A DNA stretch of 38,875 nt from NCBI GenBank assembly GCA_965644295.1, contig CBFFRP010000166.1, positions 1-38,875 of the forward strand, written 5' to 3'. Below, one piece after another: positions 11,169 through 21,852 of the stretch. Every line of letters begins with the position of its first letter. Positions within the stretch are counted from its first letter, which is position 1. Source of the stretch: Paraphysomonas bandaiensis. Taxonomy: Eukaryota > Protista > Chrysophyceae. The notes under the pieces are model-generated. The model had not been told where the DNA came from, searched no databases, and saw only the letters and a list, made by a program, of their open reading frames with translations. Made by a program: the position numbers and the translations under genes.

Positions 11169-11329
11169 TATACGTACAATATATATTATATACAATAGAT
11201 TTCAAATTCCATCGAAATTTCAAAATTATCAACAACGAAAAAGCAGTTCACATGGTATAATATATGTATGCCGAAATATAATTAAATGAGAATGTACCAT
11301 CTATTAAATAAATCATAATATATATAAAT

Positions 11330-11815
11330 TCAAGGGGGTTGTGCTACCCATTCAAATTTCCTTTTTCTTCGCTTCGTGGTCATGAGTTCCTTGCATTTAA
11401 AGAATTCAACTTGACTCGTACTGGGTGCATTTCCCAAATGATCAGAGCTTTTCTCAGATGCAAAATAAAAGTCTTCATAATCCGAGTGTTGGACAACTCT
11501 ACGGATAACATACTTCTCGGAAGTGTCGACTTTTATAAACTTCTTACCGACTTTCTTAGCTGCACTCTTATAATAAGGGATATATGTTTCATCGACTTTG
11601 GAATCTTGACGATTTCGCACTTCTTTCCAGCCATGATCATATTCTATTATAACAATCAAATAAATATAACCCCCGTTTACAAGAAATATTCTTACCAAAA
11701 GCCGATTCAGAAGAGTCAGATATTATCTCCGAATCTGAATCTTGCTCGTCACTATCAATATCTTCTTCATATTTTTGTTGAATGTACTCTGGCAAAATTC
11801 TGTACACAAATGAAC
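11330..11815 (-). pseudogene. 3' fragment of an unidentified spliced gene, cut off upstream by the Ty3 LTR
   Basis: An upstream exon (FVYRILPEYIQQKYEEDIDSDEQDSDSE...) joins through a GTAAG...TAG intron near 11647-11696 to EYDHGWKE...KRKFEWVAQPP. Confidence 0.45.
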
Positions 11816-12274
11816 TTGAGTTGTAATTAATATAATAGGATTTAATAGTTGTAAAGGCTATTTACAACTGACTATAAACGATGTAGGATATGAATCGTAT
11901 GTAGTGTAGTACATGTATGAGTATATTGTACGGTTGTGGTTGCATTCACAATGTCCTGTGTATGAGGAGGAGTCTTTAGACTAGGGGTCTGTCTGTCTTG
12001 TCTTCTTCTTCCTCTCTTTTTATCTACACAGTAACTAATCATAGCTAAGTTAATCGATCTACCTTTTGGGAGCTTAAGGTTGCGAGATACTTGGGAGCTT
12101 GTATTTCTGGCTGTGATAAGTTAAATAAGCATTCTGTTTTCTTGTTTCGACAAACAAGCGCATTTCTTTTCAGTGATCTTAGGCTTCAAAACCTAAGTTT
12201 TGCATATAGTAAATTTACTCATAGTAAAATCACATAAGTGAAGAATAATTTAAGGGAATAGATTGTTATTGATT

Positions 12275-13735
12275 ATGTCTGATTCGGATAGTACCATTGT
12301 TCCTTCTGAAATGGACGAAATCAAGGCAATGTTAAGAGTGATCACGAGTGAATTAAGCGAAGTTGCGAAATTGTGTGCGACTACGGCTGGTAGAGTGGAC
12401 CATCTTGAGACAAGGGTTGCCATAGGTGGAAGGCAGTTTTTGGATGAGCTGGCAGCGGTTCAGCAGGAGGTCAATGATAGTATCGGTGTCAGACGAGGAA
12501 AGCGGGATGATGAGTCTGATGAACAACCGAGAGAGAAAAAGAAGGAAAGGCGAACTTCTGTGTTCATTAGGGAAGCACAAGGCTCGGATGACATAGAGGT
12601 TAAGAAGCAGGTCGTTATTAATGTTGAGAAGCCGCCTCATAGGCATATTTATCTGGATTCGATGGAGCTCAGCGATTTTACCAAGTTTATCATTCAGTGG
12701 TTTGAATACGAACAGATCAACGGGATTAAGCTTGAGCCAGCCCAGATAGTTAGCAGGCGTGTTCGAAACCTGCTTATGTTCAATAATAACATGACGGATT
12801 CGATGTTTGTCAAGTTGAGTGCACAAAGTTTCTGCGAGATGATGGCGAAGGAAACTAAGGTGTTATCTAAGGCTGAGTTCATTGAGACTTTGCGTCACGC
12901 GCTGAGATTTCTTAAACCCCTGGATTGGAAGTCAGTGCGGCCGAATACTCATGAGTTATTTTTTCAAGAGATTTTGAAACGAAAGAACGTTTTTATGCGT
13001 ACATTCAGTATCATGATGGAGGCTAATAGTCATAAGTGTCCGCCTGTCGGAGGAAAGGAATTTGGCTCTGCACAAGTTTTCTTAGAATTGGTCGATGAGT
13101 CTTACAACAAGCGCATTTTGGCAGAGATACCGAGGGTGACTGATACGAACTATGATAACGTTGAGGAGTTTTTAAACAAGTACGTTTCTAAGGCGAGTGA
13201 GCATTATGAGGCGTCCAAGAATATTAGATTGGTGCCTTCTTACGAAGGGTCCGATTTTAGTAGAAAGCAAGTGCAGAGGAATTCGAAGAACCGGGACAGC
13301 GGTTACGTAGTGAAGGAGAAACCGAAATTCCTAAACAACGTTCAGTTTGAGGATCGAGTCGAGGATGATTTCTATGGTGATTTGGATGCCAGGGAGATTG
13401 ATTCTATACCTGTTATCGAGGAAGTCGGTGAGTCAGACGAGGATGATTTCGAGAAACAGGTGGACGGTATGATCAGAGAAGAGTCTGAGTCAGATCGAGG
13501 ATCCGTGGAGCAGCTTATGAACATCGATAAGGCAGTGGGAGCAACACGTGGGTGTATAGCCTTTGCATTATATGGGAATTGTTATAGAGGAAAAGAATGC
13601 AAACATGTTCAAGGGCATAATGAGGCAGTTGCACGTGAAACTCGGAAGTGGATGCAGAAGAAGTTGTCTCAGATGTCGGCGGATGAGTCCACGGGGCCAC
13701 GCAAGATTTTGCCCAGGCCTGGGGGGCCATCCTGA
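12275..13735 (+). CDS. Gag of Ty3 family A
   Basis: Long open frame directly upstream of the protease, with an N-terminal coiled-coil-like region and a C-terminal C-x8-C-x5-C-x5-H motif. Confidence 0.75.
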   Translation: MSDSDSTIVPSEMDEIKAMLRVITSELSEVAKLCATTAGRVDHLETRVAIGGRQFLDELAAVQQEVNDSIGVRRGKRDDESDEQPREKKKERRTSVFIREAQGSDDIEVKKQVVINVEKPPHRHIYLDSMELSDFTKFIIQWFEYEQINGIKLEPAQIVSRRVRNLLMFNNNMTDSMFVKLSAQSFCEMMAKETKVLSKAEFIETLRHALRFLKPLDWKSVRPNTHELFFQEILKRKNVFMRTFSIMMEANSHKCPPVGGKEFGSAQVFLELVDESYNKRILAEIPRVTDTNYDNVEEFLNKYVSKASEHYEASKNIRLVPSYEGSDFSRKQVQRNSKNRDSGYVVKEKPKFLNNVQFEDRVEDDFYGDLDAREIDSIPVIEEVGESDEDDFEKQVDGMIREESESDRGSVEQLMNIDKAVGATRGCIAFALYGNCYRGKECKHVQGHNEAVARETRKWMQKKLSQMSADESTGPRKILPRPGGPS

Positions 13736-16378
13736 CAATTACAAAAGGCTGATAGTACTCGGAGTTGTGACAAGCAGTTATACGGATTGAATGACTCTGA
13801 TACTGTTAGCCGAGTTTTCCTCAGGAATTTAACAGAGGTTCTTAATGTTCAAAACCGGAAAGAATTGACGTTAGCACATTCTGAGGGAAAAATTGTGTGT
13901 GATGATAAATATATAATAATTGTGCGTGGAATACTTTTCGACACTGGAGCTTTGACCTCGAACTTTATCTCTAAGGATTTGTTCGAGTCGTTCAAGTGCC
14001 ATGTTGGGGAAGGAAAAATTAGAGAAAAGAATATGACAATTGGGTTTGCGGATAAGACGTCAAATATGAAATGCAACTCAATCGTGGAGCTGGAGTTAAG
14101 ATTCGAGAGACTAGGTTCTTCTGAGGAGTCTGTAAGTTATGTTGGAGATTTCATAGTAGCTGATATGGGAAGTAATGACATCATTGTGGGTCTTCCGGCC
14201 ATATTGGGTAGCCTGTGGGAGTATTTCTTGTATTTTTGCCTAAAGGAAGAACTACAAATGAAGTAAATTATTTGGATGAGATGCAGTCAGAGGAAGAATA
14301 TTGCGAAGAGCACGCTCTCAATATGGTCCAAGAGTTATTGCATCCATGGAGCAAGGATAATCAGGAAGTTGCGCCTGAGGAGTTGGAGGTACCTGATCCT
14401 GCGCAATTTGGGTTCGCTTCAAGTTTTCTGGGAAAGTCTAGAGAGGAAGCTATTGTGGAGTTCGAGAGTATGTTTGAAGAGCATGTCTCAGCGGAGTTTA
14501 GAGAGTCACAGCCGGTGCTGGAGCTATTGAAGACTAAGGGAGTGAAAGTTTTTGTTCCAGAGAGGTGGGACGGCATTAGGGAGTTGACCCGCTCGATATT
14601 AAGTTCGACGAGAATTTACCTCCTAGGATCAAGCCGAAAGCAAGGCCGGTTAATCCGAGACTGTATGAAGATGCGGAGAAGGAGTTCAAGAGACTTTGTG
14701 GGTATATTTATGTTCCCAGTAGGTCTCCATGGGCCTCTTGTCTTGTTATAGCCCCGAAAGCGACCAAACCATTCATACGTATCTGCGGGGACTACGTTCA
14801 GATAAACAAGTATATTCCAAGTCCTCATTACACAGTTCCAAATGTGAGGCATGAGTTAGACAGGATCGTAGGGTACAAGATCTTTATGGACATAGATCTG
14901 ACCAATGCGTTCCACCAGGTGAAACTGCATGAAAATACTTCGGAGAAACTGTCCGTACAGACACCGTGGGGGCAGTATCAGCCATTGTTTCTACCTGAAG
15001 GAGTGTCTCCGGGGATCCGTGTTTTGCAGGAAGCCGTTGTTAAGTTGTTCGGTGACCTTGAGTGGGCGTTGTGCATTTTCGATAACGTGCTTTTGCTAGC
15101 CCACGACTATGAAGACGCTTACAAGAAGCTCGAGATATTCTTGAATAGGTGTGCCGAGCATGAGGTTGTGTTGAAATTTGCGAAGACCTGGTTGGGATTC
15201 CAAGAAGTTAAGTTTTTCGGCTACATAGTGCGACATAATAGTTTTGAGTTATCTGAAGACAAAAAGGAGGCTATTTTGAATATTCCGTTTCCTGAGAATG
15301 GGAACAAATGCAAGAAAGTCCGTACCTTATTGGGTATGGGAGTGTTCTTTGCTCCTTTCGTGCCTAGTTATTCCGATTTGGTTAAACATCTAACGGATAT
15401 GACGAAGAGTACTTTTAACTGGGACGAGTCTACGTGGGAGTTCGATTACAGACTGGAGTTCGAAGAGTACAAACGGGGTTTGCAGCGGTCCTGTTCTTTG
15501 TTCTACCCGGACTACAACCTGGAGTGGACACTGAGGACTGACGCTAGTGACTATGGAGTGGCAGGTATTCTTTTTCAGACGGTACCGGCGACAGAAACAG
15601 TCACAGCTCAGCAGCAAACTATAACATTGTGTTCGAAGAAACTCTCAGTACAGGCTCAAAGATGGTGTACTATTGAGAAGGAGGGTTTTGGAGTATTTTA
15701 TTCGGTCAAGAAGTTCTCGTTCTATCTCAGGGGAAAGAGATTTACTATCGAGACGGACCATAACAACTTGGTATGGATCGAAGCATCTGAGGTAGCGAAG
15801 ATTATCCGGTGGAGAATTTATTTGCAAGATTTTGACTTCTTGATTAGACATATACCGGGAAAGAATAATGTCGTAGCAGATTGTCTATCGCGATTGCTGT
15901 ATTTGTCGGGAATGGCTGACGAAAGTGACGATGAGGACTCAGAGGAAGTAAATTTTGTGACACTGCATAACATCTTTGAAAAAGACGATTTTGAGGACGA
16001 AGTGCAGGAGATCGCGCCACCTACGGAGGAGCAGAGGATAGATTATCATCAGGCTATCAAGGAGGTTCACAACGCGCAGGTAGGACATTGGGGTGCGAAA
16101 GAGACGTGGAAGCGTCTGTGTAAGCAATTTCCGGGACACGGTGTACCATTCAAGGTGGTTGCAGATTTCGTGGACGAATGCATCAACTGTCAGAAGAACC
16201 GGAGGGAGCTGAAGCAGCGATTGATTCCTATCACAAGACATTTAAAACCGCCTCATTCCAGGAGTGCTTTGGGAATTGACGCGGTTGCTATTACACCAGT
16301 TTCGAAATCAGGGTACACACACATTGTGGTTATGGTTAATTTGTTTACGAAATTGGTGTACTTATATGCGGTGAAAGG
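13736..16378 (+). pseudogene. Pol of Ty3 family A (PR, RT, RNase H, partial IN), frameshifts near 14225 and 14580
   Basis: LFDTGA protease; RT motifs SPWAS, RICGDY, DLTNAFHQ, IFDN; RNase H TDASDYG, EKE, TDH, NVVADCLSR; integrase H..GH...C..C. Confidence 0.92.
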
Positions 16379-17203
16379 TGTAATCTTTCTGATGAGAAAG
16401 ACCGTGTTTACAACGTTTTATTAATTTAAAGTGCTTCCCAAACCGAGAATACACTGTCCAGAACACCAAACCGGTAAAACTGCCTCCCAACACAAGCAAA
16501 CCGCGAGTATAGAATGAATTAAAATTACGTTAAAACGTGTAAAGAAAAAGTGAAATCATACAACACTCTATCTTGCTGTGAATCATCTACAGTTTACAGT
16601 ATCATACTTGCAGTTATACGGGACGTATATCCCTTCAAGAATACTTAAACAGCAAGGTACACAGCAGATAAACTGAAAATAAAAGTACAACAGCATGCTA
16701 CCTAGAGTACCGCAGTATAACACCGTATAACTCCACGTATAACAGTAACTACAGGTATGCGTGACACTACCCCGCCCTTCTCCCTCCAGCTAGAGAAAAG
16801 AAATAGGAATACATATCTGGGATAGATAGAAGTAATACTTGTATCAGCCAATATAGCGTCATTCCAAGCATTAGCAAATAAATATCCAATTCATGAAATA
16901 AAAGTAATAAACATACGTAGAGCAATATTATGATAATAAGTATGAATAATAGTATGAATGTTATAATATATATATGTGATATAATCATGAAATATTAAAT
17001 AAATAAAAGTAATCAACAATTAGAGGAGAATATTAGGATATTGTTGGCAGAAATGCAGCATCCACCAATACCATAGTAGAAGGATCAAATTCCGTGACTC
17101 GACCATAGCAGTGGACGTCATAGGCACTCCATTCATAAGTAGATTGAAACAACGGGCAATAGAGGTCTATACGTAACTGGCGACGGCCAGCCCACCGCAC
17201 ATA
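16379..17203 (-). mobile_element. Ty3 family B 3' end in reverse orientation: pol tail, 3' UTR, PPT and complete LTR (16379-16766)
   Basis: The minus strand reads a polypurine tract GGAGGGAGAAGGGCGGGGTAG, then TGTCACG...AATAAA...ATTACA. 16668-17203 is the reverse complement of 18616-19151. Confidence 0.88.
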
Positions 17204-19151
17204 TGGTCGAATGGGACACCATGGATTGCGTAGAACATGGTTAAAATTATGCAAAGTCTTTCCTGGACATGGTATCTCTATAGAGACTGTACGTAACTTT
17301 ATTGATGAGTGCGCTTTATGTCAGAAGTTGAACAGTGGTATGTCGGATTCGTTACAAGCGCCTGTCAGAGCTTTGGATGCAGAACATTGCAGACATTTTG
17401 TGGGTTTCGACACACTTACAGTCAGTCCTCCTGATGCTCAGGGACACTGTTGCATACATGTTGTGAAGCAAATGCCAGCCCGATTGATAGGACTCTACCC
17501 AGCTAAGGACTATAGAGCGGAAGGAGTTGCTAGAGCGTTGTTTCATTACTTTGTTACTTATGGAATTTCAGAAGTACTGATTTCAGACCCTGGGTCAAAC
17601 ATTACTGCTGAAAAGTGGTACAGTTATTGTTGAAGTGGTTTTTTGGAGTTCGATTTCGAGTGTCATTAACTAATCGACATGAGTCCAACATGGTCGAGCG
17701 ATCTCATCGAGAGCTGTTGCGATTTCTACAGGGTTTAGTCCACGATGAGAGGTTGCAAGATTCATGGGGGACATTGAGTGTTACATGTTGATTTAGTTCA
17801 TTTTGAATGATGAAGTCAGTAGTGAGACTGGACTCTCTCCTTTTCAATATGTGTTTGGTACCGTTGATATTCCATATTTTCGGTTGGGTGAACTGACTAT
17901 GGATGAGTCTTCTGCTGCGGGTTATGTGTCTATTTTGAATGAGAACTTACAGAAGATTCGAGCGGTTGCCATGGATGTTCAGCGCAAGATCCAAGACAAG
18001 CGCAAGTCTGCCACGCCTACACATACTTTGAATGAATATCAGCCTGGTGATTTAGTTTTGTTGCGGCTGGATCCAACTCAGCATAAGCCCAATAAATTGT
18101 ACCCTCGTTTCAAAGGTCCTTACGAAGTGGTTTCCACGTATAAGGCTGATGTCACATGCATTCATGTTGTGATGCGTTTTGAAGTTGTGCTGCACATGTC
18201 ATGGCTCAAACCGTTTTTTGGTACGCCCGAGCAGGCATATCGTGTTGCGCAAATTGACTTTAACCAGTATACTGTGGTTGCTGTGATTGCATATCGAGGA
18301 GATCCAGAGGTTCGTTCTCGAATGGAATTCCAGGTTCAGTTTGAGGATGGTTCGTTATTATGGCTTCCATGGTCACAGGATATTGCTTCCACCTCGCAAT
18401 TTCAGTCGTTCTGTGAGCAGAAACCTCAATTGTTCCCTCTGTTGTTTTCTGCTGCTATGGCAAAATCTGAACGTGCACGTTTGAAACGTATACCTATCGA
18501 AGGGGTGTCACCTGGTCAAACAATTTATGTAGATTTGCGTGCATGGGGTTCAGATTTCTATGATGAACTTAATCTGCCGAATTGTTATACAACGATGTAT
18601 GTTGTCGAATGTTCTTATGTGCGGTGGGCTGGCCGTCGCCAGTTACGTATAGACCTCTATTGCCCGTTGTTTCAATCTACTTATGAATGGAGTGCCTATG
18701 ACGTCCACTGCTATGGTCGAGTCACGGAATTTGATCCTTCTACTATGGTATTGGTGGATGCTGCATTTCTGCCAACAATATCCTAATATTCTCCTCTAAT
18801 TGTTGATTACTTTTATTTATTTAATATTTCATGATTATATCACATATATATATTATAATTAACATTCATACTATTATTCATACTTATTATCATAATATTG
18901 CTCTACGTATGTTTATTACTTTTATTTCATGAATTGGATATTTATTTGCTAATGCTTGGAATGACGCTATATTGGCTGATACAAGTATTACTTCTATCTA
19001 TCCCAGATATGTGTTCCTATTTCTTTTCTCTAGCTGGAAGGAGAAGGGGTAGTGTCACGCATACCTGTAGTTACTGTTATACGTGGAGTTATACAGTGTT
19101 ATACTGCGGTACTCTAGGTAGCATGCTGTTGTACTTTTATTTTCAGTTTAT
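17204..19151 (+). mobile_element. Ty3 family B (chromovirus-like) fragment: frameshifted integrase, chromodomain, PPT, first ~100 bp of LTR
   Basis: GHHG...CALCQK zinc motif; GFD, SDPGSN and VER DDE residues; KLYPRFKGPY; chromodomain-like YTVVAVIAYRG...EFQVQFEDG...WLPW; PPT 19036-19052; LTR from 19053. Confidence 0.9.
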
Positions 19152-19720
19152 ATAACTTTACTATCTATTAAGTCATCTTCATCATATATCATGGTATTAT
19201 AATCTTTCGTTTGTTCATTGATTTTAAAGTCTAATTCAAAGTTGTCTTTTTGTGAATATGCATATAACAAGTCTATATGAGTATACCAATTATTACTTGA
19301 AAATGAAAACTTCTTATAAAACTGCGAAGGACTTCTTTTATTTTCTTTTTCTGAAATTGTAATTTTCACATTGTATAATCCATACTTTAAATTATTTTCG
19401 CTTAATTTCTTCATAAACTTCTTCTGAGACATCATCTTATATTCTGGTTTTGTTGTTGCAATCTTCAAATTACTTTTAGACAGAATATAAGGATAGAAAG
19501 CTCCATAGTCATATCCATAGCACTTTACAACATCATCTTTATAATATTTCTCATCTAAACAACAAAGACCAGCATTATGACACTTCTCTAAAACATAAGA
19601 TTCTTTGAAGTTTATGTTTTCTAATCTAACCTTCTTATTGTTTATGCTCACACTGTTCTTTTTCATATTTGAGAATCTTACAAAAGTTAGGGTTGCAGCG
19701 CTCTTATGATTATAATTAGA
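19148..19720 (-). pseudogene. Protein-primed family B DNA polymerase fragment (Polinton-like virus / virophage type)
   Basis: AT-rich and intronless. Contains CHNAGL (the Y.GG motif position), YGYDYGAFYPYIL (motif A variant), LKYGLYNVKI and NNWYTHIDL. Truncated before motifs B and C. Confidence 0.7.
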
Positions 19721-19725
19721 TTAAA

Positions 19726-21070
19726 CCATAGTCTGCAACCATACTGAAAAAAATAGAAAAAAAACTGAAAATAACGTCGATTTTCATACATAAAATAACT
19801 GTCATAAAATCAGTCGAAATCAGACAGTGTGAACCACACTTCACACTTCATATCACAGTGTTGAGTCAGCGAATTGCAGGTCAAATTAATGTGCTGGTAC
19901 GTTCATTATATCCCCCATTCACTCATAGTTTAACACGGCATTTCGAAAGCGCAAATCAGGTTCTCTTTGCAACAATGAAGATGACGCGACAAGAAGCTCA
20001 GAGCGTGCTCAGGAAATAGAGATCACTGGGCGCTGGAGACCAATTGATTTGGCCAATGAGTCATACCATCTGCCTGATACGGTTGATGCAGATCGATACC
20101 CTACGTTTAATTTGCGCACTGTCAGCTTCCTCAAGATATTCTTGCGTTTTGTTACAGTATCTCTTGTGACGAAAATAGCCCAGGATATTGACCCTGCCGA
20201 CTTGAGATATGACTGTGGAGCAGTAATTTTGCTTTCATTGTGTTCTATATATAAGCCTCTTGCAATTTGGATTCGAATTTATGGAGAACAACATGCCCCA
20301 AATGGTGTAATACGTCATTCGCGACCTTTGCGTGAGCAACTTATATGGTACTAAGACCACTTTAGGGATTGCTATCCAAGGATTGATTCTCTTGGCATAC
20401 GATTCATGGAAATTGTGACAACAAAAGTTTTATTTGACAGTTGACTCGTATTATCTTGATGAAGCTGCAAGAGAAGGGCTTGCAAGGAAGAAAGTAAGAT
20501 ATTGGAGCTTAGAACCCACAGCGCTTCCAAGCACTCACTCGTGAAGTTCGTGAAGGTGTCAATAAGCGAGGACAGTGGAATGGAGTGTGGAATCAACAGC
20601 GTAAAGAACTCATAGTTCATTCTTATACCAAGGATGGCAAGAAATAAACCGCCTTGTTCAATGCTTATCATAGATCACCTACGAAGTCTACCACCAATTC
20701 TGTGCCTGTGTAGTCGGACTACGGTAAGATGTTGGCAGCATGTGATGTATTCAATTCGCAGATTAAAGAGAGGATATGGCCTCATCGGCATGGTAGTGGA
20801 GGGCATCTAGGCGAAAGAGGAAAGTGTAGCTCGTTTGCGTTCGGCTGTGATTCGCAAAATACATTCCATGCGTATTGTAGTATTTGTTCGATAGATACAA
20901 ATAGTATTGATTATTATAGTTCTGTAACTCGTTAGCTAGTGAATTGTACACACATGCTGATACTCTATCTAAGGAAACTATGGAATAGAGGGGTACCGTG
21001 ATTGGTTTGCTCAGTGTTGTAATAATTCCACTTTATATCATTGGTTACAGACTATGGTTACAGACTATGG
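19726..21070 (+). mobile_element. Degenerate, internally deleted piggyBac-like element related to 6053-7776
   Basis: Inverted termini CCATAGTCTG(C/T)AACCA. Translated pieces (YPTFNLR, LAIWIRIYGEQ, ACDVFN, WPHRHG) align with the first transposase; it carries stops and frameshifts. Confidence 0.85.
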
Positions 21071-21071
21071 T

Positions 21072-21398
21072 TTAGTCTAAATATTTCTTGTAAAATATAC
21101 CATCTTTTAGTAATGTATCGCAACTTTCTTTAAAGTCTTTCATATACTTTATTATTCCTTCTTTCGATCCTTCATAACCGTCAAACAATTCAAAATAGTT
21201 ATATTTATTCAATCCATCTTTAAATAACTCGTCTGCATGACAGTGCAAATCATCTTTGTCGTGTGACATGTAATACGTTTTACCGTTCTCTCTATAGAAG
21301 TATCTTAAATATCTATTTTCGCCTGTTTCTTTGTTATATACTCTCTCTTCACCATTCTTACTGATAAACTTTCTTTTATTAAAACTCAGGAGTATCAA
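21072..21398 (-). pseudogene. Probable N-terminal part of the same viral-type DNA polymerase
   Basis: Same strand and same AT-rich, K/Y-rich composition as 19148-19720, and it abuts the other end of the piggyBac insertion. Confidence 0.5.
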
Positions 21399-21852
21399 AT
21401 TGACGGTATTTCTTTAATCAATTAATTGCAGTTATGATTTGCTATAATCCCAAATTGCAATTTTAATAACTGATACGCAGCTCTGTCGCTTAGTGAGTGG
21501 TAAAATATCATATTACCGAGATCTATCTGTGAATGTTGCAAGAATTATTACCTATTCATTATAACCAAGCCTTGTAGTAGACATATAATATATATTTTAT
21601 TTGAAGGTATGACAATATTCACTACATCGAATACAACTACAACATGTTTGAATATTTTAAAATCAACGACTTTGTACCATATTGTTAATCCTAACAAAAG
21701 AATGATATATATGCTGTTTTTCTCTGTACCAATGTGATTAGCATACAACATATAATTTAAAATCACAATACAACAACAGGAAATTCCCAATAAAGTAGCT
21801 CAAACCAAAGACTTGTTGCTGTTGATAGACTTCCAATACAGCAAACAAGCAG

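Larger units (their letters stand above)
11850..16378 (+). mobile_element. Ty3/gypsy retrotransposon family A (putative 5' LTR ~11850-12118; interrupted in the integrase)
   Basis: Order gag-PR-RT-RH-IN. LTR bounds (TGTAAAG...TGTGATA) are tentative because no second LTR is present. Confidence 0.85.

Noticed and set aside
12119-12135. Tf1-like self-priming site after the Ty3-A LTR
   Set aside because: No tRNA PBS is visible, but no convincing complement to this sequence was found in the LTR either.
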